Origin: Candidatus Limihabitans stercoravium
Lineage (GTDB): Bacteria; Bacillota; Clostridia; Christensenellales; CAG-314
DNA: 64,000 nucleotides
Direction: 5' to 3'
Assembly: GCA_018715495.1 (NCBI GenBank)
Contig: DVLO01000010.1
Location: 35,302-99,301 of the forward strand
This document shows positions 9,959 to 19,117 of this stretch, piece after piece (position 1 is the stretch's first letter; the number at the start of each line of letters is the position of its first letter). The position numbers and the translations under genes are program-made. The notes under the pieces are model-generated. The model saw only the letters and a list, made by a program, of their open reading frames with translations, ran no database searches and was not told the DNA's origin.

Positions 9959-9976
9959 TACTTGAACGTTCAAGTA
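9959..9976. promoter_or_regulatory. 18-bp perfect palindrome TACTTGAACGTTCAAGTA; candidate LacI-family operator in front of the GH2 gene
   Basis: Perfect dyad with a central AACGTT core typical of LacI/GalR operators. It lies 27 bp upstream of the first ATG of the locus. Confidence 0.5.
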
Positions 9977-10002
9977 GAATTTATTAAATCAAAATTTGAG
10001 AT

Positions 10003-11784
10003 ATGTCAGGGAGTGTTTTACAAATGCAGCACGTCAGTTTTTACAAAAAAGGATACCCCAGACCACAGTTGGTGAGGGACAGTTTTATGTTGCTCAACGG
10101 TCAGTGGGATTTTGCTTTCGATGAAGAGGGCAAGGGTTTGTCCGACGGATACATCAACGGATTTACAGATAAACTCAAGATAAACGTACCATTTTCTTAC
10201 CAGACGGCAATGTCGGGTATTGGTATTGAAAAGAGAGTTGACCGTGTCTGGTACAGTCGTACAGTAAATCTTACGCAGCAGCAATGCAGTGGTGATGTGC
10301 TGATTCACTTTGAAGGAAGTGACTACGAAACATCGGTGTGGGCAAACGGCAAGTTTCTGGGACGTGACAACGGCGGTTACCACAGATTGACCTTCAATGC
10401 AACAGGAGCATTGCATGAAGGGGACAACATCATTGTTGTAATGGTAACAGACGATTACAGCATTGAAAAACCACGTGGCAAACAACGTTGGAAGGACGAA
10501 AACTTTGGTTGTTGGTACACAGACACAACGGGTATCTTCAAGACTGTCTGGCTGGAATTTGTTTCTCACAAGAGATTGGACAATGTGTTGATTGAGGGAA
10601 ATTCCGACGCACATTCCGTAGCAATCAGTTACGACGTATTAAATTGTGATTACGTAAACGACGACATCAAGGTAAAAGCAACCATTACATATAAAGGTGA
10701 CAAGGTTTGCGATGTCACATGTCCAGTCACAAGTGCAACAAGCGGTATGAACATCTGGCTGGGCGAAGAAGTAAATCTCTGGCAGGTAGGCGAAGGAAAT
10801 GTGTACGAAGTAAATCTTCAGTTGATGTCGGGCGACGAAATGCTGGACAATGCAGACAGTTACTTCGGATTGCGTAAAGTTGAGGCACGTGACGGTAAGA
10901 TCTACCTAAACGGCAACGAACTGTACCAGAAGTTGGTACTTGATCAGGGCTACTGGAAGGGCAGTGACCTTACTCCTCCCTCCGAACAGGCGTTGGAAGA
11001 CGATATCACCGACATGCTGGCAATGGGATTCAACGGCGCACGCAAGCACCAGAAAGTTGAAGACGAACGTTTCCTGTACTACGCAGATATGTACGGATAC
11101 ATTGTGTGGGCTGAAATGCCTTCCATGTACAAAAACACCGAAAACAGCCGCAATACATTCAAACGTGAATGGAAACTGGCAGTAAATCAGCAACGCAATC
11201 ACCCATGTATTCTGGTGTGGGTACCGTTTAATGAAAGCTGGGGTGTTGAAGACATTCTGTTCGACAAGACAGTGCAGGACTTTGTAAACGAAGTTTACCA
11301 CGAAACCAAGGAGATGGACGGCACACGTCTTGTAGTAACAAATGACGGTTGGGAACACACAATTTCCGACATCCTGACAATTCACCACTACGAACAGGAC
11401 GGCGAAAAGCTGCACAGATACTTCGACAGTGTAGACAAGTGTTGTCAACATGTATGGCAATCTCACCACAAGGGAGCGTTTGCCAACGGTTACCGTTACA
11501 ACGGTCAGCCCATCATGATTTCGGAATTTGGCGGAACGGCATTTGTAAAGGATACTGTAGGTAACAATTGGGGATACGGTCAGGGAGTTACCGACAACAA
11601 GGAATTTTTACAACGTTTCGACGGATTGATCAAGGCAATTGACAGTCTTCCTTACAGTTGCGGATACTGCTACACACAGGTAACTGACGTACAACACGAA
11701 GTAAACGGATTGCTTGATTTCGAACACAAGTCCAAGTTTGACAAAAAGCAAATCAACGAAATTTTGAACAGACACGGAAGATGA
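10003..11784 (+). CDS. Glycoside hydrolase family 2 (short, about 590 aa)
   Basis: Shows LNGQWDF (sugar-binding domain), NGARKHQK and WVPFNESWG (TIM-barrel acid/base region). An alternative start at 10024 has a better RBS (AGGGAG). Confidence 0.8.
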   Translation: MSGSVLQMQHVSFYKKGYPRPQLVRDSFMLLNGQWDFAFDEEGKGLSDGYINGFTDKLKINVPFSYQTAMSGIGIEKRVDRVWYSRTVNLTQQQCSGDVLIHFEGSDYETSVWANGKFLGRDNGGYHRLTFNATGALHEGDNIIVVMVTDDYSIEKPRGKQRWKDENFGCWYTDTTGIFKTVWLEFVSHKRLDNVLIEGNSDAHSVAISYDVLNCDYVNDDIKVKATITYKGDKVCDVTCPVTSATSGMNIWLGEEVNLWQVGEGNVYEVNLQLMSGDEMLDNADSYFGLRKVEARDGKIYLNGNELYQKLVLDQGYWKGSDLTPPSEQALEDDITDMLAMGFNGARKHQKVEDERFLYYADMYGYIVWAEMPSMYKNTENSRNTFKREWKLAVNQQRNHPCILVWVPFNESWGVEDILFDKTVQDFVNEVYHETKEMDGTRLVVTNDGWEHTISDILTIHHYEQDGEKLHRYFDSVDKCCQHVWQSHHKGAFANGYRYNGQPIMISEFGGTAFVKDTVGNNWGYGQGVTDNKEFLQRFDGLIKAIDSLPYSCGYCYTQVTDVQHEVNGLLDFEHKSKFDKKQINEILNRHGR

Positions 11785-12680
11785 AAGAACTTATACTGAC
11801 AGATATCACCGATATTGGTGATCCATATGTACTCAATTACAACGGAACTTACTACATGTACGCAACTTCGTCGGCTGACGGGTTCAAGGTATGGAAATCC
11901 ACAGACCTTAAAAACTGGACGGACTGCGGACTGTGTTACTTCAAGAAAGACAGTTACGGTTACATGGATTTCTGGGCTCCGGAAGTAGTGGTTCGCAAAG
12001 ACGGCAAGTTGGTAATGCACTTTTCTGCAAAGGACAGGCAGTCAAACGGACTTCGTATCGGCGTTGCCATTGCAGACAAACCCGAAGGACCTTTTGTCGA
12101 CGCAGTAAAGGACAAGCCCATGTTTGACCTTGGATACTGTACAATCGACGCTCACTGCTTTACCGATGATGACGGCACAAGTTACCTTTACTACGTAAGG
12201 GACGTTGCCGACAACATTCAGGACGGTATTCACAAGAGCGAAATTTACGTTTCTAAGCTTGACGAAACATTGACGAAACTTGTGGGCGAACGTGTCAGAG
12301 TGACCACGCCCGAAGGCGTTGAAGAAACGTCACTTATTCCCGATTGGCAGTGGAACGAAGGACCTTTCGTTTTAAAGCACAACGGAAAGTACTACTTAAA
12401 CTACTCGTACAACATCTTTAACAGCAAGGAATACTCGGTAGGAGTTGCTATTTCCGACAATCCGATGGGCGGGTTTGTCAAGGTGGACAGAAATCTGCTC
12501 CGATATACAGACACCATGTCGGGTCCCGGACACAACGCCTACTTTACAGACAATGACGGTCAGTTGTGGTGTGCATTCCACATTCACACTCACTACGACA
12601 AGCCAAGCGGTGACAGACGTGCATGTCTTGCACCGGCACAATTTGACGCTGACGGACGATTGGTCGTTCGTTACAAATAA
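11781..12680 (+). CDS. Glycoside hydrolase family 43 (arabinofuranosidase/xylosidase-type)
   Basis: GDPYV (catalytic Asp), FWAPEV, TIDAH and WNEGPF (catalytic Glu). ATGA overlap with the GH2 gene. Confidence 0.85.
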   Translation: MKELILTDITDIGDPYVLNYNGTYYMYATSSADGFKVWKSTDLKNWTDCGLCYFKKDSYGYMDFWAPEVVVRKDGKLVMHFSAKDRQSNGLRIGVAIADKPEGPFVDAVKDKPMFDLGYCTIDAHCFTDDDGTSYLYYVRDVADNIQDGIHKSEIYVSKLDETLTKLVGERVRVTTPEGVEETSLIPDWQWNEGPFVLKHNGKYYLNYSYNIFNSKEYSVGVAISDNPMGGFVKVDRNLLRYTDTMSGPGHNAYFTDNDGQLWCAFHIHTHYDKPSGDRRACLAPAQFDADGRLVVRYK

Positions 12681-12697
12681 TTTCAGGAGGAATAACA

Positions 12698-14854
12698 ATG
12701 AAAAGAAAGGTAGCATTGGCGTTGTTGGCATTGGTGCTGGTTCTTTCCATGGTTACAGCAGTGGCATGTAACCCGCAGGAATCTAGCGAATCTTTCAAGA
12801 TTACCATTGCCGAAACAACAAATGGTACGATTACGGCTGACAAGCAAACAGCCAAAGAGGGCGAAACGGTCACTCTGACTGTTACACCTGACGAAGGCTA
12901 CATCTTGAAGAGCGGTTCATTGAAGTTCAATGACACTGCAATTACAGGCACAACATTTAAAATGCCCAAACAGGATGTAACAATTACGGCTGAATTTACA
13001 AAAGACATGACAGGCGTTACTGTTGAAACCATCGAAAAAGACGGCTTGAAGATGTCCGCAACACAGCTCAGCAAGACTGCAACAGCCTATCTGTTTACAA
13101 CATTCGGTGAAACGGCTCTGACATTTACCGCTTTTGTTCAGGACGTTACACTGAAGGACGGCGACGGCATGAAGGTGATGTTCGCATCCGAACAGGAAAT
13201 TGTAAATGCAGTTCTTCCTGATGGCAAGACAATTTCAATCGAAATCACACATGACGGAAACAAGCTCATCCAGACAACAGACGAAGAAGGCAAGTTCGTT
13301 GATCTTACCGAAGGCGCAACTGCAACACTTGAACTGTGGTCGGAAAACGGCACTGAAGTTGACGGTTACAAGGTTGTAATGACAGTTGATTACGCTAAAC
13401 TGGGTCTTACTAAAGACACTGCTAAAGACAGCATTACGTTCTGCCCGTTGCTGTACAATGCAAGTTCTAACATTGCTCCCAGCAAAGGTTACATCAACAA
13501 TGTAATGGATGAAAACAAGTCAAATACTTACATGGTTGTAGTTGATGACAACCAATACAGAGCAAATGCTTACGAAAGCGGTACAGGTCAACTTGGTTCG
13601 GTAAGTTACATTGCACACGGTCAGTACTGGGATTTGTCACAGGATTACTACAAGTCCAATCCTGATTACGCAAACCGCAAGGCTGTTCTTACAGGACACG
13701 ACAACGCTGACAACAACCTGATGTTCTACCGTACAAGTGGTGAATTGATGTACGCACAAGCTACAATCAAGGTAACATCATTTACAAATCCCAACGAAGC
13801 ATGGGGCAAGTTCGGTATGATGCTGTTTGACGGACAAAGCGTGAACGGTTTGTTCTTCTACGTTGACGCATTTGCTAGTCAACCCGGAAATATCGACAGT
13901 ATTGGTGGTACAGCAGTAGGTACAAACAAGGCAGTAGGCGGATGGGGAACATGGAGCGCTGTAAAAGACGGCGTGTTCAACCTTGAAACAAAGACAATCA
14001 CTTTGGCAATGGTTTACCAGAACGGCTACATTCACCTTTACGCAGACGGTGTAAAGGTTGGTTCGGTTTACTACGGCAAATACAATCAAAACATGCACTT
14101 CGGTCTTAAATCCTTCGGATACGGACTGGAAGTAACTAATTACTTTGCTTCCACAGATCCCGTTGCTGACGGTTGGGAAGACAAACTGGAAACAATTGAA
14201 AAAGAAGACATTGACACATTGTTCATGGGTGATTCCTACATGGAATTCTGGAAGAACAGCGGATTTACAAGTCACGTTGCACAACTTCCCAGTTACGCAA
14301 ATGAAGGTATCGGCGGAACAAAGACAATCGATTGGATGAACAAGTTGCAAGACATGTCTGCTAGATACAATCCTTCTAACATTGTAATGCACATTGGTGT
14401 AAACGACATCGATGACGAAGGTTTGACCAAGGAACAAGCAACAGCAAGATTGCTTGAACTGTTCAATGCTTACCATCAGACATTCAGCGACGCTCAGTTG
14501 TATTGGGTAGCACTCATTCCCAACACAATGTTTGCTGACAAGGTAGCAACCTACAACGAAGTAAATGCCGAAATCAAGGCGTTTGCCCAAAACAACAACT
14601 GGCTTACATATATCGAAGCCGACGAAGCATTTACAACCGAATCGGGCGGTGCAAGAGTCAACATGTTCTACGACGGTCTGCACCTCAACAGAGAATACGG
14701 TTACCCATTGTGGGCTAAGCTCATCATGGAAGCATTGGGATATACCCATGCTGAAGGCACAGAACTGGGTGACGGCACAAACTTCGCTTATTCCGACGGC
14801 TGGACATTCATCGAAGATGGTGCAAAGGCTTACAACACAGGCAACGGCGAATAG
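12698..14854 (+). CDS. Surface lipoprotein with a B-repeat, a CBM9-like region and an SGNH/GDSL esterase domain. It ends at an in-frame TAG that probably interrupts a longer gene.
   Basis: Signal peptide with lipobox VACN. SGNH blocks FMGDSY, EGIGGTK, HIGVNDI and DGLHLN. See the finding on the TAG at 14852-14854. Confidence 0.75.
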   Translation: MKRKVALALLALVLVLSMVTAVACNPQESSESFKITIAETTNGTITADKQTAKEGETVTLTVTPDEGYILKSGSLKFNDTAITGTTFKMPKQDVTITAEFTKDMTGVTVETIEKDGLKMSATQLSKTATAYLFTTFGETALTFTAFVQDVTLKDGDGMKVMFASEQEIVNAVLPDGKTISIEITHDGNKLIQTTDEEGKFVDLTEGATATLELWSENGTEVDGYKVVMTVDYAKLGLTKDTAKDSITFCPLLYNASSNIAPSKGYINNVMDENKSNTYMVVVDDNQYRANAYESGTGQLGSVSYIAHGQYWDLSQDYYKSNPDYANRKAVLTGHDNADNNLMFYRTSGELMYAQATIKVTSFTNPNEAWGKFGMMLFDGQSVNGLFFYVDAFASQPGNIDSIGGTAVGTNKAVGGWGTWSAVKDGVFNLETKTITLAMVYQNGYIHLYADGVKVGSVYYGKYNQNMHFGLKSFGYGLEVTNYFASTDPVADGWEDKLETIEKEDIDTLFMGDSYMEFWKNSGFTSHVAQLPSYANEGIGGTKTIDWMNKLQDMSARYNPSNIVMHIGVNDIDDEGLTKEQATARLLELFNAYHQTFSDAQLYWVALIPNTMFADKVATYNEVNAEIKAFAQNNNWLTYIEADEAFTTESGGARVNMFYDGLHLNREYGYPLWAKLIMEALGYTHAEGTELGDGTNFAYSDGWTFIEDGAKAYNTGNGE

Positions 14855-14863
14855 GTTGTATGG

Positions 14864-17800
14864 ATGAAGAACGCAAGCGGTAGTGACATCTACGCTGAGT
14901 TCAATGCAACAATCGGTCAGGTTTACAACAACGACGGATTCCCCAAGTTTGGTGCAATTCTCAGAAACGATGACGTATCCATTTTCGGTTACGTTGACGC
15001 AGTAGGTCTTGCAACAGGCGCAGGCGGAAAGGGTAGCAACATTGTTTACCGTCCCAACATCACATTGGCAGGCGGATTCGGAGCTGCAGGCGATTGGCAA
15101 TGGAACAATCAACCGGGTGGAAGCCAGATCAACGGCGAATACACAAACGGAACTTACGTCAAGGTAGCAATTGCTAAACTTGGTAACCAGATCGTATTGT
15201 GGATAAATGACGTACTCGTAAGCAAGACAACAGCTGCTTACATTGACGCAACAGACGTTGTAACTGTAGGTTTTGCAGGATTTAACCTTGAAATGACAGT
15301 TGAAGGTCTGTACGTAACAACAGACATTCAGGAAATCACCGAAAAGGTTGAAGGACCTGAGGCAGCAGACGCTGTAATCGACGGTGTAGCGGACGACGCT
15401 ATTTACACCGAACAAGTACTTGGTTTCACAAGTTCTTTCGGTTTGCAAAATGACGGAAAGACACACTTCACACTTAGCGGTGTTAAGGGAACAGACGGTG
15501 TTTACTTCATCGCAACAATTATTGCTCCCGAAAACACAAGAAACGGTCCAAACTGGTGGGAATACGCTAACATCGAATTCCGTTTCGGTAACGATGATTT
15601 GATTCAACACTACATTTACTTCAATCAACCGGGATTCAGTTCAGTAGCATCATCCAACGGTATTACACAGGTTGCAAGTGACGGCGGTAAGCTCATCGAA
15701 GATGGCGAATACGCAGGAATGTACAAGGTAGTTGTAGAATTCTTTGCTCCGTTCACTTCATTTGCAGGATGTGACGCTTCCACAGAAGAAATCCCCGTTA
15801 AGGCTTGGGGCTGGGTTTACGGCGAACAAGGTTGGACGCACGGAATGAACGTAGGCACATGGAATGCTTACACAGCATCCGAACAGGGTCTGCGTTTCCA
15901 ACGCAACATCACCGTTGAAGGCAACAACGTTGCAGTAACTGTAACACCTTCCAAGACAACAGCTTACAGTGGCGAAACAATCACATTGGACGTTCAGCTT
16001 CAGGAAGGTCAGCAAATTGAATCGATCAAGGTAAACGGTGAAGCAATTACCGAACAGGACGGAATCTACTCCTTCACAATGCCTGATGAAGACGTTGTGA
16101 TCGAAGTTGCATTGCAAGGAATTTCCGTAACAACCAAGACGGAAATGCCCGAAGGCACAACAGGTGCTACAATCACTACAGATAAAGGCACAGCAGCTAT
16201 CGGCGAAACTGTTACATTTACAGTAGAGTTTCCGTCTGACGTTACATTGAAGTCGCTGACAGTAAACGGCGAAGCAATTGAAATCACAGGCGGAACTTAC
16301 AGCTACACAGTAAAGGAAACCGACACTAAGGTGGAAATCATTGCAACCTTCGACTACGCAACGGAAATGACAATTGACGGTGTTCTTGATCCCGAAGAAA
16401 ACTACGGTGAACCCGTTGGCTTCCTTGTTGAAGGCAACAGAAAGGTTACAGTTTACGCAGTAAAGGGAGAAAACGGTATTTACTTCTTTGTAGAAGCGTA
16501 CACGGACACTCTCATCAACGACAACACTGCACAGTGGTTCATGAATCACAACTTCGAATTCTACCTGAACAACGGTGCACAGTGCTATGTAAACAGTCGT
16601 AGCGAAAGCGTTGGAGTAACCAAGTTTATTTGGGAAAGTTCCTTGATTGACGTTGGCGAATTCAACGGTAAGTACAGACACGTTGCGGAAATCTTTGTTC
16701 ACAAGTCATTGATTGACAACTTCGGCGAAGAAATTCAGTTGAACTACGCATTCAAGGCACCCAATGAAACTGCTCGTTGGGAAGGCATGAGCAACAATCA
16801 GTGGAACAGAGGTGACTGGTGGAACAATTACATCGGTGGCGCAGACGGTAACATTGTTGGCGCTTTCGGACAAGGTAAGGGACGTCCTGCAAATCTGTTC
16901 ATCACATCTGAAGGTCTTGTATGTAAATTGCCCGTAGCACAAAACGGTACAATTGACGGTGACCTTACAGAATTTGCCGAAAAGACAAGCGTTACAGTAG
17001 GTAACGAAAATGCTAAATTTGTTGTAACAGGTTACACAGCGGAAGACGGCTTGTACATGGCATTTACTATCAAGCAAAAGCAACTTGCCGAACCCACAGC
17101 TGAATGGCACTTGAACGACAACATTGAAATCAAGATAAACAACGGTTATAATCCGGATGATCCCACTCAGGCTGCTTTGTATGCCGGAAGAAGTGCAGGG
17201 TTCAGTTTATACGATAAATTTATCGTCGCAATGGGTCCTGTTACCGATTACGCAATGATCCGTACGGAAATTGACGAAGACGGTTACAAGTACCAGACTG
17301 TTGTTGAATTGTTCATTGCAATGGACAATCCTGTAATGGCAACCAACATTCAATTGGGATGTAACGGTAACGGTTTCGGCGGATGGCAGTCATTGATCTG
17401 GGATGCAAATTACGCTTACATCAACGCAAACGGAGTTTACTATCTCAATGACCTTGTTGCACTGGAAAGTATCACAATTGATGGACAGCTCGATGAAGGC
17501 ATGGCTGATCTTGCTTCCGTAACAGGTACATGGAACGAAGATACAATCGTACTTACAGGCAAGAAACTTCAACACGGTATTGTTCTTTACACAACAATCA
17601 CACACAAGATTTCTGTTGATCAGAGATTGCAAGGTGACAGCGGTGAAGAATGGTGGCGATATCTCAACGTTGAATTCCGTCTTGGAGGCAACAACTGGAT
17701 GCAGGTGTGCGGATCTGTAAAGAACAATTACACACAGTTCTGCGCAATGGGTATCAGCACAACGGGTGAAGGTCCTTACACAACCACATTCGAAACTTAC

Positions 17801-17953
17801 ATTCCTTACGGTGTTGCTCACGGTGGAGATATTTCACAAGGTATCAGCATTGCATGTGCCGTAGTTACAGGCAACAGCTGGGGAACAGTGTTCGGTAACT
17901 GGGACGCTACAACATTCCGTGTAACAGACAACGGCGTTGTAAACGTTGCTTGA
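14864..17953 (+). CDS. ConA/LamG-like domain, two B-repeats and four CBM9-like modules. This is probably the C-terminal continuation of 12698..14854.
   Basis: Same frame as the upstream ORF; no signal peptide and no RBS. Repeated (V/T)IDG.LD modules with W-rich strands. FPKFGAIL matches the paralogous domain in 22817..25270. Confidence 0.7.
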   Translation: MKNASGSDIYAEFNATIGQVYNNDGFPKFGAILRNDDVSIFGYVDAVGLATGAGGKGSNIVYRPNITLAGGFGAAGDWQWNNQPGGSQINGEYTNGTYVKVAIAKLGNQIVLWINDVLVSKTTAAYIDATDVVTVGFAGFNLEMTVEGLYVTTDIQEITEKVEGPEAADAVIDGVADDAIYTEQVLGFTSSFGLQNDGKTHFTLSGVKGTDGVYFIATIIAPENTRNGPNWWEYANIEFRFGNDDLIQHYIYFNQPGFSSVASSNGITQVASDGGKLIEDGEYAGMYKVVVEFFAPFTSFAGCDASTEEIPVKAWGWVYGEQGWTHGMNVGTWNAYTASEQGLRFQRNITVEGNNVAVTVTPSKTTAYSGETITLDVQLQEGQQIESIKVNGEAITEQDGIYSFTMPDEDVVIEVALQGISVTTKTEMPEGTTGATITTDKGTAAIGETVTFTVEFPSDVTLKSLTVNGEAIEITGGTYSYTVKETDTKVEIIATFDYATEMTIDGVLDPEENYGEPVGFLVEGNRKVTVYAVKGENGIYFFVEAYTDTLINDNTAQWFMNHNFEFYLNNGAQCYVNSRSESVGVTKFIWESSLIDVGEFNGKYRHVAEIFVHKSLIDNFGEEIQLNYAFKAPNETARWEGMSNNQWNRGDWWNNYIGGADGNIVGAFGQGKGRPANLFITSEGLVCKLPVAQNGTIDGDLTEFAEKTSVTVGNENAKFVVTGYTAEDGLYMAFTIKQKQLAEPTAEWHLNDNIEIKINNGYNPDDPTQAALYAGRSAGFSLYDKFIVAMGPVTDYAMIRTEIDEDGYKYQTVVELFIAMDNPVMATNIQLGCNGNGFGGWQSLIWDANYAYINANGVYYLNDLVALESITIDGQLDEGMADLASVTGTWNEDTIVLTGKKLQHGIVLYTTITHKISVDQRLQGDSGEEWWRYLNVEFRLGGNNWMQVCGSVKNNYTQFCAMGISTTGEGPYTTTFETYIPYGVAHGGDISQGISIACAVVTGNSWGTVFGNWDATTFRVTDNGVVNVA

Positions 17954-17990
17954 CAATTTAAATTACCGTATTAAAACGGTTTAAAACAAC

Positions 17991-18075
17991 TATTCCTTCC
18001 GACGCAGGGCAACCTGCGTCGGGCAAAAGGAATACTGCACAGCACAAAGAGGTGTTGTGCTGTGCAGTATTTCTT
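17991..18075 (+). terminator. Tandem/alternative hairpins ending the glycosidase operon
   Basis: TATTCCTTCCGACGCAGG...CCTGCGTCGG..AAGGAATA, then AATACTGCACAGCACAA/TTGTGCTGTGCAGTATT followed by a T-rich tail. Confidence 0.7.
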
Positions 18076-18104
18076 TAAAGTCTTTCATGTAAATGGGGGC
18101 AACA

Positions 18105-19055
18105 ATGAAGAGAGTAACTTTGAAAGACGTTGCAAAAACATGCGGATATTCGGTAAATTGTGTATCCCGTGCATTGATGGATGCGGACGATATAGCAACT
18201 ACGACAAAACAGCGAATAAAACAGATTGCCGAAGAAATGGGGTACGTCCCCCATATGTCGGCATCGATACTGCGCAAGGGCAACAGCAATCGTATAGGTA
18301 TATTGTGCGACAACCTGCTCAATCCATTTTACTCAGTAATTACCAACTACATGCAGTGGAGGTTTGTTGAAAAAGGTTACACGTTCGTGACTTTTTACAC
18401 AACACGTCAGTTGTTTGGAACAGACGATGTCAAACAGATTGTTGCATCCGACGTGGACGGCTTGATTTGTTTTTTGGGTCCCGACGCCGACGCAACTGCA
18501 ATGCTTAAAAAATTCAATCTGCCTACGGTAATTCTGGGAAGAAAATCCGACGATTTCGACAGCGTTGTGCTTGACAACTTCAAGGGCGGCTACATCATCA
18601 CCCAAAGGCTGATTGACAGCGGAAGAAGAAACATTGTGTACATAGGTGAAAACAACATCATCGACTGTTCATTGGACAGAGGCGAAGGATACTTAAAGGC
18701 AATGAAAGAAAACAATCTGACTCCAGTTTCTTTTTGTGCCTATGAAAGAGGTTCTTACGAAAATGTAGTGGAACAGATGGTTAAAGACAACATTCCGTTT
18801 GACGCAATTTTCTGTTTTAACGACTTCGGTGCTTATGTGGTAATGGACAGGCTTGCCGAAATGGGAATTTACGACAAATCTATTGCCGGTTTCGACGAAA
18901 TACGTAAGGAACTGCGTTTCTACGGCAAGGTGGATACTGTGGGGTACGACAAACAATCCTTTGCACAAAAGGCAGTGGACATGCTGTTTGAACGTATCAG
19001 AAGGAGCAACATCGGTCAACCGAAGATGGTTGTTGAAGACGTTTATCTTGTTTAA
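18105..19055 (+). CDS. LacI/GalR-family transcriptional regulator
   Basis: HTH MKRVTLKDVAKTCGYSVNCVSRAL plus a periplasmic-binding-protein-like effector domain. The ORF-track start at 18093 is also possible. Confidence 0.9.
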   Translation: MKRVTLKDVAKTCGYSVNCVSRALMDADDIATTTKQRIKQIAEEMGYVPHMSASILRKGNSNRIGILCDNLLNPFYSVITNYMQWRFVEKGYTFVTFYTTRQLFGTDDVKQIVASDVDGLICFLGPDADATAMLKKFNLPTVILGRKSDDFDSVVLDNFKGGYIITQRLIDSGRRNIVYIGENNIIDCSLDRGEGYLKAMKENNLTPVSFCAYERGSYENVVEQMVKDNIPFDAIFCFNDFGAYVVMDRLAEMGIYDKSIAGFDEIRKELRFYGKVDTVGYDKQSFAQKAVDMLFERIRRSNIGQPKMVVEDVYLV

Positions 19056-19117
19056 AACCGTTACAAACGCCTGTTTATCAAGGCGTGTAATATAGAAAAC
19101 AATTTTGGAGGAATATC

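Noticed and set aside
14852-14854. Possibility that TAG is generally reassigned in this organism, which would explain the split surface protein.
   Set aside because: TAG ends several well-delimited genes here: 27280..28272 (followed immediately by the next ATG), 28273..29847 (followed by a terminator) and pyrR. A genome-wide recoding is therefore not supported. Only a local event remains plausible.
13778-15628. 616-aa minus-strand ORF. Other long antisense ORFs behave the same way: 1449..2342, 6660..7664, 15758..16702, 23390..24178, 24701..25249, 51285..51968, 58301..58843 and 59510..60070.
   Set aside because: All lie entirely antisense to genes with strong family motifs. Their translations are Cys/Val/Phe-rich and low in complexity, with no recognisable domains or RBS. 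They are shadow ORFs typical of this codon bias.
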